A stretch of 64,000 nucleotides of DNA from Takakia lepidozioides (Eukaryota; Plantae; Bryophyta), in contig CM060734.1 in assembly GCA_030704615.1 (NCBI GenBank), positions 45,012,001 through 45,076,000 of the forward strand. Direction: 5' to 3'. The position numbers and the translations under genes were made by a program. Positions within the stretch are counted from its first letter, which is position 1; each line of letters opens with the position of its first letter. The notes under the pieces are model-generated. The model was not told where the DNA came from. It saw nothing but the letters and a program-made list of their open reading frames with translations, and ran no database searches. This document shows positions 38,404 to 50,559 of the stretch, one piece after another.

Positions 38404-40884
38404 ATGAAAGATTCCACAGTAACTTTGGGGTCAATTCCAATGACCTCACAACTCATTGAGAAGGGATGGAGCCACAGTTCCAATGTGTATCATGTGAAAG
38501 GTGCCTCAGTTGGGGAGAAAATTCTGGTGGTGAGCGACGAGAAGGTAGTGTGGATTGCATTCCCAGGCACCCATGATTACAAGGATGTTGTCACTGATTC
38601 AAAGTTCGGGGAGGTACAAATCACAGACCGCAAACTCAGTGAGAAAACCTGCAAAGAATACTATGGGTGTGGCTTTGATGGGCTCAATGACAACCATGGC
38701 AATCCAGTGTTGGTGCACAAGGGATTCCTACAGCGGTTTGTAGAGATCATGGAGAACAAGAAGCTGTACAATGAGGTGTGGTCTGCTTCCAGATCTTTTC
38801 TCTGATGTTCGGATAACTGGCAATTGAGGCTGACTTTCATGTGAGTTTCAATACATAGTAATTGATTCTGTGTTGTTACATGAGCGCCCTGGATCTCGTA
38901 AAGTGCCATACATCTAGTGAACAGTGCTTGGCATGAGGTCAGAGTGGCTGACTGCTTCGAGTCATCTGGCAAGTGCAGGTGGAGACAGCAAGAGTGGAAG
39001 GGAAGCAAGTAATTTTTACAGGTCACTCACTTGGTGGCGCGATTGCCGTGCTGGCGACCTTGTGGCTGTTGAACCAACAAAAGAGCTCTGAATCAAGAAA
39101 ACATGGAAAGCCGCCTTGTTGTCTGACATTTGGTGCACCCTTACTTGGTGACGCAAAGATGGCTGAGGCTGTTCGCCGCGAGCACTGGGCAGAGCAACTG
39201 TGCCACATTGTGTCACGGCATGACATTGTGCCACGCATTCTCCTGGCACCCCTGGATTCTCTTAAAAAACCATTGAAGGCTCTCATACCTTACTGGTTGA
39301 CAAAAATGAATGCTGGTGAGTCCAAGGATCAGCCCCTCGAAAAGCAAGAGGTAGACAACTTGCTGGCTGTCGTGAAGGGGGGTTTGTCAGCAGTGGCAAA
39401 CTCATTGCTAGGTGCTACCAAAAATGTATTCAAGAACAGCCCATACCGGCCTTTTGGCACCTTCATATTTTGCCACAAGACTGGTGCTGCAAGCTTGGAC
39501 AACCCTGTCATGGTACTTCAGATGCTGTGGGTTACTCTGCAGGAGCATGACAGCAGTCCTGATACCAAGAGAAGCTCTTGCATAATGGAGCATGTACAAT
39601 ACGACAAACACGTTCAAGAGATGGGCGAGGTGAATGCTCCAGGCGTATGGGCTGGCATGGCTATACCTGATGCTCAAACCGTACCTCAAATGTCGGTACT
39701 AAAGGAGCTTCAAATAATTGGTGCTGGAGTCGAAGTGAGTCAAGACAACTGAATGCCAAGTCATTAGCATCTGATGATCTATAGGTGACTTATGGAAGTA
39801 CTCCTTGCAATATGGGGATATTTCTCAACAGAGTGTGTTGGTAGTGTGAAGGCACTTTCACTCCTTCCTCCCTTTCTATCTCTGCATGAAGTATAAATGA
39901 AAGACAACATTTCTGGAACACTCTGCCTTGATTACGTATTTTGACTAATAGCATGGTAATGTCATGATGCAGGCTTTGCAAAGAGCTCCGACGACATCTC
40001 AAAACTTTCTCTCTCAGCAAATGGTGGTGGTTAATCAGCTAGTAAGGGACACTGAGCAGAGGCTTGCTATGAACAGTGCAGGTCGTGCTGCTGCATTCAG
40101 AAAGGTACAAGAGGCTATGGTTGAATTGGAGTGGTATAAGCACAAATGTGAGGAGGAGGGAAGGCACTATTATGATGCTTGCAAAGAGAGGAGGGACCCA
40201 GAAGAACTGCAGGCTTCAAAAAATCGATTGCAGCTTGCTAACTTCTGGGATGAGACGATAGAGCTGTACAACAAAAATCAGCTGCCTGATGATTTTCAGG
40301 TACAAAACAAGTGGGTGAATTCGGGGCATGCCTACCGTCTGTTGGTGGAGCCCCTAGACATTGCTAATTACTATCGCTTGGGGAAGCATGAAGACTCAGG
40401 ACACTACAGGCATCATGGCAGGCCAGGGCGCTACAGAATTGTAGAAAGGTGGTGGCATGAAAAGAAACGAGATCACCCGCGATCCAAACCAGGAAGTTTG
40501 ACTCGAGATTCTCTTTTGTGGGCCTGGCTTGAAGAGGCCCGGGAAGCTCTTGATGTACTGAACCATAACGCTGAGCACACCAGTCTTGAAGAGACAACCG
40601 AAGCTGCTGAGGCTATTGAGGAAACCCAATTGTTAACTGAAGCAATGGATACACTCGAGAAGTTTGAGAAACACGTTGGTGAGGAATATGACGCGCACAG
40701 AATAGCCGATGACTTGTTTATGAAGAAGTGCAGCTGGGTGGCCTGGTGGCGAGACTATCAAGCCACTAAAAGGTGCTTGAAATTTCCTTGGGATCATGCG
40801 AAACAATTTCATCAGCGCATGGAGAGAACATGGGTAAACAATGACCGTGCTTCGGGTTCGTTTCAACCTCATCCGTCTTATTGA
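38404..40884 (+). CDS. EDS1/PAD4/SAG101-family protein (class-3 lipase-like + EP domain), ~679 aa, exons 38404-38775, 38979-39734, 39973-40884
   Basis: GHSLGG nucleophile elbow, TFGAPLLGD, SRHDIVPR, SPYRPFGTF, EHVQY; EP domain LEWYKHKC..YYD..K, LANFWD, YRLLVEPLDIANYYR, GRPGRY, SLTRDSLLWAWLEEA; gt-ag phase-0 introns keep the frame open. Confidence 0.95.
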
Positions 40885-41484
40885 TTGCTTTCCTTCTCAA
40901 CCAGAAATACCAGTCACACGCAGCCTGGAGCATTTCATTTTCTTGTGCTCTGTCCTCTCTTGGAGTTATTGGAAATACCCCTTGGATAGCCAAATCAGGC
41001 AATTCAGGCAACTGCAAACTCCATCTGGAGAGCATCATCATCGGAGAGTTGAAGGACTGTGTCAGTACCTATAGAGAGAGAAGACTTGTGGCGAAGCCTC
41101 GCACCTAAGAGCCACTTGGCCTGTGATCAGCACTAGAAGCCCCCGTTGTGGTGCACCCATTTTTGTAAGGTGTCAGAGCTTTTTTAGGCTGGGTATAAGC
41201 CAGTAAACCATCTTACCCTTCCTTTATACTCAAAATTACTCTAGGTAGATGAACTCTACTGAAAATTGTTCCCACTACAAACTGATGGGGCACATAAAGA
41301 GCTTTCCAATGGTATCTTAATTTTCTAGAATGGTTACAAAAGAGGTACCAAAAGAGCAATATGGCTGGTGCGCCATGATGGGCACTTATTTTACTCAAAT
41401 TACTCTAGGTAGATGAACACTATTGAAAGTTGTGCCAACTCCAAAGCGATGGGGGTACATAAAGAGCTTTCCAGTGGTATCTTT

Positions 41485-42155
41485 CAGTGTTGGTTTGGTT
41501 TGTACAAAAATACGGGTATCAACCCGGTTATGCACCCGGGTATGGAAGCCCCTACCAGCTGGTTCCAGATAGGAAGGAAATGCATAGAGTAACCTACCTG
41601 TAGGGTATGATTAGGATTTTGGCTCACCGTTGTTGATGTTGTTACTTGTTTTTTTCGTTGGAACTCTGTCGTTGGTATCGCTCAATGCGCGTAGCCTAGA
41701 GATGGCGGAAGATGGTTTTGTTTCTGTTTGTATTAGTGCTCTGTCGCATTCAGCATTAGTCTTTGTGGCTGAAAAGAAAAACAATGGCACTGAAAATGGT
41801 TATAAATGCAAGGCCAAAAGTTTCCATATGCATGTTATAATGTTCAGCGCACTCAGCAGCCGCCGAAGTGCGCACTTCAGCTTTTTAAAAAAATTATTAA
41901 AAAAAAATGAGTGCTTCTCTCTGAAATGTAAATTTTTGATACTTTACCCGAAGTTGATATCAGCAGGTATCAAGGTTTTCAGACACTTGTTGATACCAAG
42001 TCTGCAAAAGTGAAATGTTGGCATTATCGATACCCTACAAGTAACAAAATCTGGGTTTTTATTATTATTGCATACCCGTGTTTGGGACATCTCTAAATTT
42101 TTATACTACCAAGACCCTCTTGGTATCTCCAAAACACGATACCAGACCAACACTG
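41485..42155. mobile_element. Non-autonomous hAT element (MITE)
   Basis: TIR CAGTGTTGGT(T/C)TGGT, 14/15; 8-bp TSD GTATCTTT (41477-41484 and 42156-42163). Confidence 0.92.
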
Positions 42156-42914
42156 GTATCTTTACCTTCTCAAATGTTTACAATCCCTTGTACCAAGAGA
42201 GGGGGGTGGGCCAACTCATGCAACCTCCTACGATAGCTCCACTCGAGGATCATAAAAATTGGGCCATAAGAATGGGCAGTAAGACAGTTTGGGGCAGGAG
42301 AGTGCTAACATGAATTAAGTGTAGTGAGCTCTCATCCAACAATACTGGTATTTGCTGGTGTTAGCTGCAGTTTAGTGAAGAATTTCATGCTACTATTCCC
42401 TACCTGCAATTTTTCATTTTGCACACATCGAGTTTGTGTAATGGTGCTTAGACATATTCTTAGCGATGTTAGTTTGTTTCACATATATCAATGTTGCTGT
42501 TGCTATATTGCTTGAAAGCTTGCTCATGTATCTTCTGCCGTTTTTGGGCTGGATGGCAGTTGAAGGTAGGTGACCAAGTCCGGCCAAGCCAGTGTATGCA
42601 TCTTCTGCTCAGGCATTTGGAAGTCTACTTAGACTTTGCAGTTTTGTGCATTTTTGTAACAGCATCGGATTAGATTATGGAACAGATCTCTTAACATTAA
42701 GTCACGTTGTATTTGAATCGATATTCCAATTTCAAATATGCTTTCATGTTTCAATGGTGTTTTCGTATGCTTTCAATGGTGCTTTTGTGTTTCAATGCTA
42801 CGGACATGTACACGACTACCTCCTATCCACAGAGCCTCCGCTACGTGCCACTTTCACCCCTCGTGTTTGCCCATACTCGTGCCACGTGCAGTATCCAGAG
42901 TACGCCAAGTGGGA

Positions 42915-43278
42915 TTCCCGCCCAATGTGTTTTTGGAATTGTACCATATGTCATCCTGAACCCGCCCTGGTGGACATGGATGCAAAATGTGGGTGCATTA
43001 AGGATGCGAAGGGGTGAAGCCCAACCACATCACATTTTTTGTTTGTTTGCAATGCGTGTGCAAGCCTGGGAGCTCTGGAAAAGGGGGGAAGAGGTCCATG
43101 GTGACATCGTCAAAGCTGGAATTGTACCAGATGTCATCCTGAACACTGCCCTAGTGGACATGGATGCAAAATGTGGGTGCATTAAGGATGTGAAGGGTTT
43201 TCAACACTATGGCTGACCGAGATGTGGTGTCCTGAACGCGACGCTTGCAGGGTATGCACAGCAGGGGCGCTGGATGGA
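42915..43278 (+). pseudogene. PLS-class PPR fragment
   Basis: EEVHGDIVKAGIVPDVILNTALVDMDAKCGCIKD; frameshifts; near copy of 55140-55395. Confidence 0.88.
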
Positions 43279-43439
43279 GGTCTGCTTCTGGAAGGTACTT
43301 CTTTGTGATGCAGTGCAAAGCTTGTAGATAGATGAAGGACACTTGTCAAAGGCACAATGTAGACAACCTCTTGTGGCAATTCGTATAGCCTAGCGCAAAT
43401 ATGTGAGAGCTCCAAAAGTAGGTTGCCTTCTTACTGGCT

Positions 43440-43614
43440 GCTGTTCCTGAAGTACTGTCACTCGTGTTTTAGGTTGAGGCTGCAAGGCTGCACCATACTG
43501 AGGCTGCCAAAACTCTGTTGCTACTTCCGTGGGTGCGGGATGAAGGTGTACATGACCAATAGGACTGCAGGTGTTTGTCTTTGTATTATTTTTCAAATGA
43601 GTGATGGTGGGGTG
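43440..43614 (+). repeat. Exon-like segment with an inverted copy at ~48674-48848
   Basis: ~175 bp near-identical in opposite orientation; both appear in the ORF track as LLFLKYCHSCFRLRLQGC..MSDGGVL. Confidence 0.9.
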
Positions 43615-43866
43615 TTGTGCAGTGTGTTTACTCCTCTTCTCATATGAGCTTCACCGTCGGCTCCACTCAAGTGACGACTCTTCTCACATCTCAGTTGTGC
43701 ACGGTCTTCTCCTCAGACCCACTCCTCAACTTTATCTGCTTCCCTACAGATTGAGTGCTTAATGTTGCATCGTAGCATATGTGTTCAATATGTGAATCTT
43801 TCCGTAATGACGTTGTCAGGACTGTGCTGGTTACACTTAACGAAGTCCAATCAAAATAGCACTTAC

Positions 43867-44270
43867 AACAAGCTCAAATGCCCCACGGTTTTCTTCATTC
43901 CGAGGGAAGCCATCAATCAGAAACTTATCCTTGCTGCTCTCCTCCATAGTCTTTTGGAGAAGCTTCACCGTCACTTCTGATGGGACGATCTTTCCCTCTT
44001 TAATCATATTCTGTATCATTGTTTGCCAACAGCCAAGTGATTGAATGAATAGGTCAATCCATAAAGATATTGTTTTAACAGAACATAGAGGCCTCTCATT
44101 TTTCAACCTTGCCAAAACTCTTGAATCGGCAAATAGACATCTTATATAGGGCCACACATCCTGTGGTAGACACTCATGCTAGCTTCCCAAAGTTTCCAGG
44201 AAAGCATACAAGACGCATGGCATGACAAGAGTTCCAAAAGATGATACATACCCATTTTCCGAGCCACCGT
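43867..44270 (-). pseudogene. UMP-CMP kinase (adenylate kinase family) fragment, middle exon
   Basis: GSENG|gt at ~44250; exon [52 protein letters not shown]|gtaag; acceptor damaged. Confidence 0.9.
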
Positions 44271-46619
44271 GTTCCGGGCATGGTTCGAACGTGGTTGCAG
44301 ATGGAACAAATTTTCAATTTACCGACCTTGATGACTTTGTATTAGTAGTAGTGGGACACTCACACGCCAAGAACATGTATACTGCCTAGAGCTACGAGTC
44401 GAACTGGTTGAGATGGGTTAGGCTGCCACTGTCATCTCACCGAAAGCTTATGACAAATTTTGTAATTCCAGATTGAGGGGCTAAAACAGTATCACTTGAG
44501 GTGGAGCATTCAACTATCCATGCTCTGTGAGATTGTTGCGAAACTATTTATCTTTTATTGGGGACAAGTTGGAAGGCAAATGCGTGGTTTGCAAATGTTA
44601 AGCCCTGGCTATCAAAGTAAATTTGAATCATTCTCATGCTCACAGTAGAGTGATCTCTGATGCACATAGACCAATCAATTGACACTAGGCGTCATGTGTA
44701 GCTTGAATTTAAAGATCACTTAAGAGTTCCTTAAAAGCAGGCCTGAATGAATGTTGGCAAATGTTGAATGTTTGTCACATCCTTGTCACTGTTGGGAAAC
44801 AGCCAAGCTTGTGCTTGTTGTTGGTTGTCGAGGAGTTGTCTCCACTGAAAACCGTCTCCAATTTGCAGTCATTGATACCACTCTGCACACTCGGATTGCA
44901 TCTAGATATTGAAGCATCTTTGAGTTTGTTGTTTCCAAGCCTACCCCATCATGTAACCATGGGCATGGTATTTCCAATTTTTGCAAGTCTTCCTTCTTCA
45001 TGCATGTGGGAGGTTGTCTGTGACTGACTGAGGTTTCCTTCTTCAGACTGCTCTGACATTAGCCTGTAAGTTTGGCACCATTCAGTTTTGTAGATCGTGA
45101 AGAATATGTTCTAACATGTTTACTTAGGGTTCTTAGGGTAACATGACTGAAAAATACAAGGACATGTGTAGAGGCAGACAACTGAAACTGAAGATAGTTC
45201 GGCACCCGCAGTGACAACTTCCAAGAACCAAAGGGTGGTGTTTGTTCTGGGTAAGTAACATGATTGTCAAGTCTGTAGAGATTAGATATAAGGGGTTCTT
45301 GAGCTTTTTATGTTCCTGCTACGAGACTGAATGGAGCACTGAATTCACTTGCTAGGTTGAGGGTGTGATTTGATTGAATCTTCACTGTGACTTTGAGGAC
45401 ATTGTTCCCATGGATCTTGATCATTCTGGAGCCAGGCATGGGTTTGTGAGAAGTCAGCGTACATTTGTCATAGTTGAGAGAGGAGACAGAAAGAAAGGAA
45501 AAAAGAAGCACAATATGGTCTATACAGAGTCTGTGCCGTCTTGTGTGCACATGTGGACCTGGAAGTGGAAAATGCACTCAATGTTCCATGTGTACCCGTC
45601 TCTGCCGCGCTCTCTCTCACAATCACACAAACACATAAATCTGGCCCTCTTGGATGAATCTGGACCCACACTCTATCCCTTCTCCTTCAGCTATCCATGC
45701 ATCTGCACAAATCATGCATTCATCTTTTCCCTTGCTGCTAACAGCTGACAATGACAACCTAGGAAACACCCAATCACACTAGTTCCTATGCTGAATTGCG
45801 TCTGCTACTCTCTGTCATCTAGCAGGGATTCAAGTTTTTGCCTCGGTTGTCCCACCATTGACTGGGGTCAACAAATTATTCATTCCACACCTTCTCTCTG
45901 TCACCTGCTTTTGGATATTTTCCTGTTATCACATTGGCAGTATCATGTCAAAGTCACTCCAAACCAGATTCACTCAACCAGCTAACTTGCAGAATTCAAC
46001 ATGGAAATTTAGGGCCGACAAGAGGAAAAAACAGGGTGAAATGTATTGAAGAAGTTGCCTTCATTAGCAGTTCCTTGTTCTACATTTGTGCCGCTGCCGC
46101 TGCTGTTTCCAGTTGACCATCTACCCAACGACCTAACTTACAAAATTCAATATGCATCTCTGTCCTTGACCTTGTGTCATGACCCATAGAGGATTTGACC
46201 GAGCATCAACCCAAAAGGACCTCTTGTGTGTGTTGTTTGTGTCTGTAGTCAGGTAATGTCAGATTGATCTGTGAGAACCACCACGGTGCATCTGAGCAGG
46301 TAGAGATTGAACACGGCCTGCTACGACCAAGCTGACTCTCCCAAGAACCTTGCAAACATCAGGAAGAATACCAAATCATGGTACTGACAGAAGCCAAGAG
46401 CCCACCTGCAAACAAACTTCTTCAGTGTACATTAAGAAAAAACGACACCCTTCCCCCATCATTTGCTTGATCCTTCATCTGCCAAGACAATCTCTTCAGC
46501 AAGTCTTCAGATTAGCATGGATTTCCTCAATTCGTTGAGAGCTTGCAGCTTGCAAGGTGATCGATGGCGGAAAACGCAGATCAAGATCGGGCATTTCGGG
46601 CAGTTCCGTAAACGTTGGC

Positions 46620-47135
46620 GCGACAATTTCTATTGGCGTATTTCGGGCGGGCAGTCCAGGCAGACTGACGAAATTTGACGACGAAACGTGGTGATGATGA
46701 CGTGGCGACGAAAACGTGGCACTATGGCACCCTATTCCTACTCTACACTAAACTAGCTTCCGACCTTCTGTCGTCGCTAGAACTAGGGCTTCGCGTTGCT
46801 CTGCACTACTAGAGACGAATTCTGAGAACAAAGTTCAATTTTTCACAAAAAAAAGGGTGGGTCATCCCTGCGGTGTTACTTGAAGAGGTCCCGTGTTTTG
46901 TTTTTTCTGAAGAAAATGGCGGATCTGCATTTCAATGTTCAATTTTCACAAGCCGCATCAATCAATAACAACATACCCAAATACCCTTACATTCACTATA
47001 TGAACTTCCAAGCATCCACCATGGGATTGGATCTTGGTGGGTTAAGGCTAGCTTTTGACAATATTCATGCACGTTCGTCAAGGGCTCCATCAAAAGCCAC
47101 ATCACGAGAAACAAACAAACATGTCCAAATTTAAG
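46620..47135 (-). repeat. Inverted copy of the block at 50925-51435 (third copy at 56768-57106)
   Basis: Near-identical sequence; all three translate as ADLHFNVQFSQAAS..RETNK in the ORF track. Confidence 0.9.
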
Positions 47136-47139
47136 TTGT

Positions 47140-47930
47140 TGTTCTCAGCTCAGCATGGATTTCCTTAGTTCTGGGATGCAACTTGTCATCTACAACAAAG
47201 GTGTGCACCCTGTTGCCAACCTCAATGCAGCAGCGACCTGGCTCCTTTCTAACCCCTCTGACCTTCATCATTCTTCTCACCTTTGCAGTATCATCTCACC
47301 TGCCAGCTGCAGCATAGATGTTTGATAGCAACACATAAGTCGCGGCATCCTGTTCATCCCACTTGAGGACAGATGTTGCCGCACGTTCAGCCATCTCCAC
47401 ATTGCCATGGATTCTGCAGGCACCAAGCAAGGCCTGAACCACACCACAACATCTGGATTGATTGGCATTTTATTAATGAGGTCCACTGCCTCATCCAGTT
47501 GTACCACACGTCCAAGAAGGTCCACCATGCAGCCAAAGTGCTTTACTGTCGGAGTGACACCATGATCTTGACTCAGGGAATCAAAGTAGCGTCTTCCTTC
47601 ATTCAGTAGGCCAGTGTGGCTGCATGCAGAGAGAACACATATAAACGTGATACTGTCCGGCTTCAAACATTGCAAATGCACACAAACGTGATGTGGTTGC
47701 ACTTCACCCCTTCTCCCATCATTTGCTCATAGGTCTCCAAGGCCTCCATCCCGCGCCCCCGCTGTGCATATCCTGCAAGCATGGCGTTCCATGACACCAA
47801 ATCTTGTTCAGCCATATTGTTGAACACTCCCTCCACATCCTCAATGCTCCCACATTTGGCATACATGTCCATGAGGGTATTGTTCAGAATCACATCTGGT
47901 ACATTTCCAGCTTTGGCAATGCAACCATGC
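47140..47930 (-). pseudogene. PLS-PPR E/E+ pseudogene
   Basis: NTLMDMYAKCGSIED, VLSACSHTGLLNEG, HFGCMVDLLGR, RKEPGRCCIEVGNRVHTFVVDDKLHP; frameshifts; truncated. Confidence 0.9.
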
Positions 47931-48474
47931 ACCATAGCGACGAAATAGCCTAGATAATAAGTTGCTGCAAATGGGGACCGTCCCTCTTCGCCACAAATAG
48001 ATGCTGAAAGGAAGAGGTCATCCAGGTAGAACCTGCAAAGGCCACACCAGCTGCTCACACTCCACTTCATTGCCTAGCCATGGGAAAAACCAACAAGTTA
48101 GAAAGAATCTGTCCAAGCCTTCTGGCACTAGCCATCCTCCTCACCAAATATTTCTCCTGCATTGATATGTCTAATCCACAAATCTCACTTTTCTTGTACA
48201 ATGACTGTCAGGCTGGGATGGAGACAAATGATTTAAGGTAAGAAGATTTTAGGTTTCTGTCTAACAACAATTGGAGACTATCACTCTTCAACCCACCCTC
48301 ATCTGTCACAGTCATAGAGAGCAAGATGAGAAGTGACCAACCAGTGCTATATGCTCCGTTCAGACCACGAGCCAAATAGCGAGTGCCAGGATGCAGACGG
48401 CTCCGTCGGGCAGTGAGTGCCACTGTTACTTGTCGGTCCTTGGCATCAGGGAATGACCGCGACTCTGCGAGACC
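47930..48474 (-). pseudogene. SAC9: SAC9-like phosphoinositide phosphatase fragment (2 exons) fused to a PPR fragment
   Basis: Exon 48474-48342 reads GLAESRSF..VALTARRSRLHPGTRYLARGLNGAYSTG; exon from 48073 reads NEVECEQLVWPLQVLPG*PLPFSIYLWRRGTVPI. Confidence 0.85.
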
Positions 48475-48849
48475 CTGCCCGCACAAGTAAACTAAAAACT
48501 TACTGCCTATGCTAATTCACTGCCCACACAAGTAAACCCGACACTGATAATTGCACTGGACATCACCTGCTAATACACAGAGCGAACAATTAGTGTTTGG
48601 CACTGCTACAGCAAATCCCAGACGTCTGTCTACTAGACTAGTCACACACAGATTGAGCAAATCTGGAAGAGAACCCCACCATCACTCATTTGAAAAATAA
48701 TACAAAGACAAACACCTGCAGTCCTATTGGTCATGTACACCTTCATCCCACACCCACGGAAGTAGCAACAGAGTTTTGGTAGCCTCAGTATGGTGCAGCC
48801 TTGCAGCCTCAACCTAAAACACGAGTGACAGTACTTTAGGAACAGCAGA

Positions 48850-49135
48850 ATGGAAATGAACGTGACCTTGCTGGGCGTTATGCCTTCCCGTATCATCTGC
48901 TCATACATCTCAAAAGCCTCCATCATCGCACTCCATGAGACCACATTTCATTGAGACGTTTTGTCAAAAACTTGTCTGGCATCGTTCAAGCTCCCATACT
49001 TGGCATACATATCGACAAGGGCAGTCTCCAGAATGATGTCAGCTTATGGACCTCTGTACCTTTTTCCAGGGCTCCTAGGCTGGCACAAGCATTGAGAACA
49101 GAAATGAATGTAATAATGTTGGGTGTCACACCTCA
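48850..49135 (-). pseudogene. PLS-PPR fragment
   Basis: GVTPNIITFISVLNACASLGALEKGTEV, ETALVDMYAK, VVSWSAM; decayed. Confidence 0.85.
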
Positions 49136-49420
49136 TGAGAAGCACATTGCTTAGCTTTGCAAGCCAAACAGGTACTTCCCGCAAAATGTCAGTATTCACT
49201 GCCCCTGGATCTGCAGCACTGTTCTTCTAACCATTTTTCTAACAGATTCTGCTGAGATGTGTGGGGTGTTTTGCTGATTAATGAAAACCAGAGTATGACT
49301 GTCGTCCTTTTCAGAACCAACTTCGGCTTGTTAAAGAGACTTTCCTAGGATTCAGATTGTTTGTGTGGGACCATCAATTTCATATTATTGGGTTTTTTTT
49401 TTGTGGCGCGAATCTGTGCA

Positions 49421-49850
49421 GACTGGCATCACCCCAGAGTTCATTCTTTTTTTCGACTATCCTGAGGTGGAGATGGAGAAACGGCTTCTAGGCCGCAATC
49501 AGGTTAGAGCTCACTGCAGCAACATTGCTCTCTGATAACGTCGTTGCAACATTTTAGGTTTGATAGTCTGGACTTTCTTAGAGAATGGTCAACGAGTACA
49601 TCTCTTGAGCTGAGTGGTGTCAAACAATTGCACCCAAGGAATGTGTTTTTGCATTCATGGTGCTTGGACACTGATAAATCTACATGTTTGCAAGGCCATC
49701 AAGAACTTGGGAATCATGAGGTGATGGTCGCTGTGTGATCAGGGTCAGGACGATGACCACATAGAGACTATTCGCAAGCGATTCAAAGTATTCCTGGAAT
49801 CCAGCCTCCCTGTGGTTCAGCACTATGATTCTCTAGGCAAAGTTTATAAG
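49421..49850 (+). pseudogene. UMP-CMP kinase fragment, two downstream exons
   Basis: TGITPEFILFFDYPEVEMEKRLLGRNQ|gt and ag|[36 protein letters not shown]|gt. Confidence 0.9.
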
Positions 49851-50134
49851 GTACTTTTCCATGCTCACCTTCACACAACTTCTCCTATCTTGTTTACAAC
49901 AAGGCAAGTCCCTATGTAATGCAATTGTGAATCGCCATGTTATAATCAGGTTGAGTGTCCTGGATGGTTCAAATGATATCTATACTTGAGCAATGTCTAA
50001 AAACAATCAGAGCAGGCCTTGCACCAGTGCTTGTTCATAATGCATCTTGTAACTGAGAGTGCAAACTGTGATCAAGGAATCTTCATAAACTGACGAAGTG
50101 CCAAGTTTCCAACGGCCAGTGGCATTGCATTAAT

Positions 50135-50559
50135 GCCACAACTTATGTGTTGCTATATCAAACATCTATGCTGCAGTTGGCAGGTGGGATGATACTGCAA
50201 AGGTGAGAAGAATGATGAAGGTCAGAGGGGTTGGAAAGGAGCCAGATGACAAGTTACATCCCAGAATTAAGGAAATCCATGCTGAGTTGAGAAGATTGTC
50301 TGGGCAAATGAAGGAGGCGGGGTATGTGCCTGGCACACGCTTTTTATTGCATGATGTGGAGGAAAGGAATTTTCTCTTTGCCACCAAGGCCATTCATTTT
50401 GGGTTGATCAGCACGACTCGTCAAGAATCTTCGAGTGTGTGGAGACTGCCATACCTCCACCAAATTCAACGATTGTTGGCCGAGCAATTGTTGTATGGGA
50501 CGCTAACTACTTTCCACCACTTTGAAGATGAGATTTGTTCTTGTGGTGATTACTGGTGA
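50135..50559 (+). pseudogene. PPR E+/DYW-domain pseudogene fragment
   Basis: HPRIKEIHAELRRLSGQMKEAGYVP..FHHFEDEICSCGDYW*; HxE region deleted or frameshifted; duplicate of 56045-56485. Confidence 0.9.

Noticed and set aside
44300-45062. Protein-coding exon on the minus strand
   Set aside because: Interrupted by stops and not identifiable
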